From Actinomycetes bacterium (GTDB lineage Bacteria; Actinomycetota; Actinomycetes; S36-B12): 64,000 nucleotides of DNA. Location of the stretch: the NCBI GenBank assembly GCA_965278965.1, contig OZ257127.1, positions 39,159 through 103,158 of the forward strand. Direction: 5' to 3'. Positions 63,187 through 64,000 of this stretch are shown here, in pieces. The stretch's first letter is position 1. Every line of letters begins with the position of its first letter. Position numbers and translations under genes: made by a program. The notes under the pieces were generated by a model that saw nothing but the letters and a program-made list of their open reading frames with translations, made no database searches and was not told where the DNA came from.

Positions 63187-64000
63187 CTAGCCCTTCTTCT
63201 CGTCGTGGCCGCCGAACTCCTTGCGCATCGCGCTGAGGAGCTTGTCGGCGAACAGCGCGTTGCCCTGCGACTCGAACCGCTCGAACAGCGCGGCCGACAG
63301 CACGGGCGTCGGTACGCCCTCCTCGATCGCGGCCATCGCCGTCCACCGGCCCTCGCCGGAGTCCGACACGCGCCCGCCGAACTCGTCGAGGTCGGGGGAG
63401 CGGTTCAGCGCAAGCGCCGTGAGGTCGAGCAGCCATGAGCCGACGACGCTGCCGCGACGCCAGACCTCCGCGATCGCCGGGATGTCGAGGTCGTACTGGT
63501 AGAACTCCGGGTCGCTCAGCGGCGCGGTCTCCGCGTCGGCGTCGCGCGAGACGGTGCCGGCGTTCGCGTGCTTGAGGACGTTGAGCCCCTCGGCGTACGC
63601 GGCCATGAGGCCGTACTCGATCCCGTTGTGGACCATCTTCACGAAGTGCCCGGCGCCGCTCGGGCCGCAGTGCAGCCAGCCGCGCTCGTCCGGAGTCGGG
63701 TCACCGGTGCGGCCGGGGGTGCGCTCGGCGGCGTCCACGCCGGGAGCGATCGTGTCCCACAGCGGGCTGAGGCGGTCAACCGACGCGTCCGCGCCACCGA
63801 TCATCAGGCAGTAGCCGCGCTCGCGGCCCCAGACGCCGCCCGACGTGCCGACGTCGAGGTAGTCGATCCCCTTGGCCGCCGCGGACTTCCCGCGACGGAT
63901 GTCATCGCGGTAGTAGGAGTTGCCGCCGTCGATGAGGCAGTCGCCGGCCTCGAGCAGGCCGATCAGCTCGGTCACGACAGAGTCGGTGATGTGCCCGGCC
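63187..64000 (-). CDS. gnd: 6-phosphogluconate dehydrogenase (decarboxylating, short form), 5'-truncated by window edge
   Basis: IDGGNS, GTSGG, GAGHFVKMVHNGIEYG, DSGEGRW, MRKEFGGH. Confidence 0.93.
   Translation of the reverse strand, partial: AGHITDSVVTELIGLLEAGDCLIDGGNSYYRDDIRRGKSAAAKGIDYLDVGTSGGVWGRERGYCLMIGGADASVDRLSPLWDTIAPGVDAAERTPGRTGDPTPDERGWLHCGPSGAGHFVKMVHNGIEYGLMAAYAEGLNVLKHANAGTVSRDADAETAPLSDPEFYQYDLDIPAIAEVWRRGSVVGSWLLDLTALALNRSPDLDEFGGRVSDSGEGRWTAMAAIEEGVPTPVLSAALFERFESQGNALFADKLLSAMRKEFGGHDEKKG

Overview
High-GC actinobacterial chromosome segment (mshC, whiA, an F420-dependent LLM enzyme, a PdtaR-like regulator and DUF3090/SCO1664 support the assignment). The core backbone is pepQ-like/efp/nusB, a Liv-type ABC transporter, polA-rpsA-coaE-uvrB-terC x2, uvrA, uvrC-rapZ-yvcK-whiA, and the tRNA-Leu(GAG)-M20 peptidase to mshC-gnd block. 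An accessory patch of small genes lies at about 40.5-52.4 kb. Four things stand out. (1) A 9.86-kb integrated element (2747-12603) sits in the 3' end of tRNA-Leu(CAA), bounded by an exact 28-bp repeat. It has a tyrosine integrase, arm-type repeats, a divergent regulator/AlpA-like pair, an HTH initiator with internal iterons, HNH, a TerS-like gene, an HK97 capsid and a prohead protease. It has no portal, large terminase, tail or lysis genes, so it looks like a phiRv-like phage satellite with uncharacterised cargo. (2) A LivK-type binding lipoprotein is a clean circular permutation of its neighbouring paralog. (3) An AbiEi/DUF559-like nuclease gene is bracketed by two related 23-25 bp perfect hairpins that carry compensatory changes. 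(4) Two secreted proteins share an unnamed Trp/Cys module. All calls were made by eye from the sequence and ORF track; no database searches were run.
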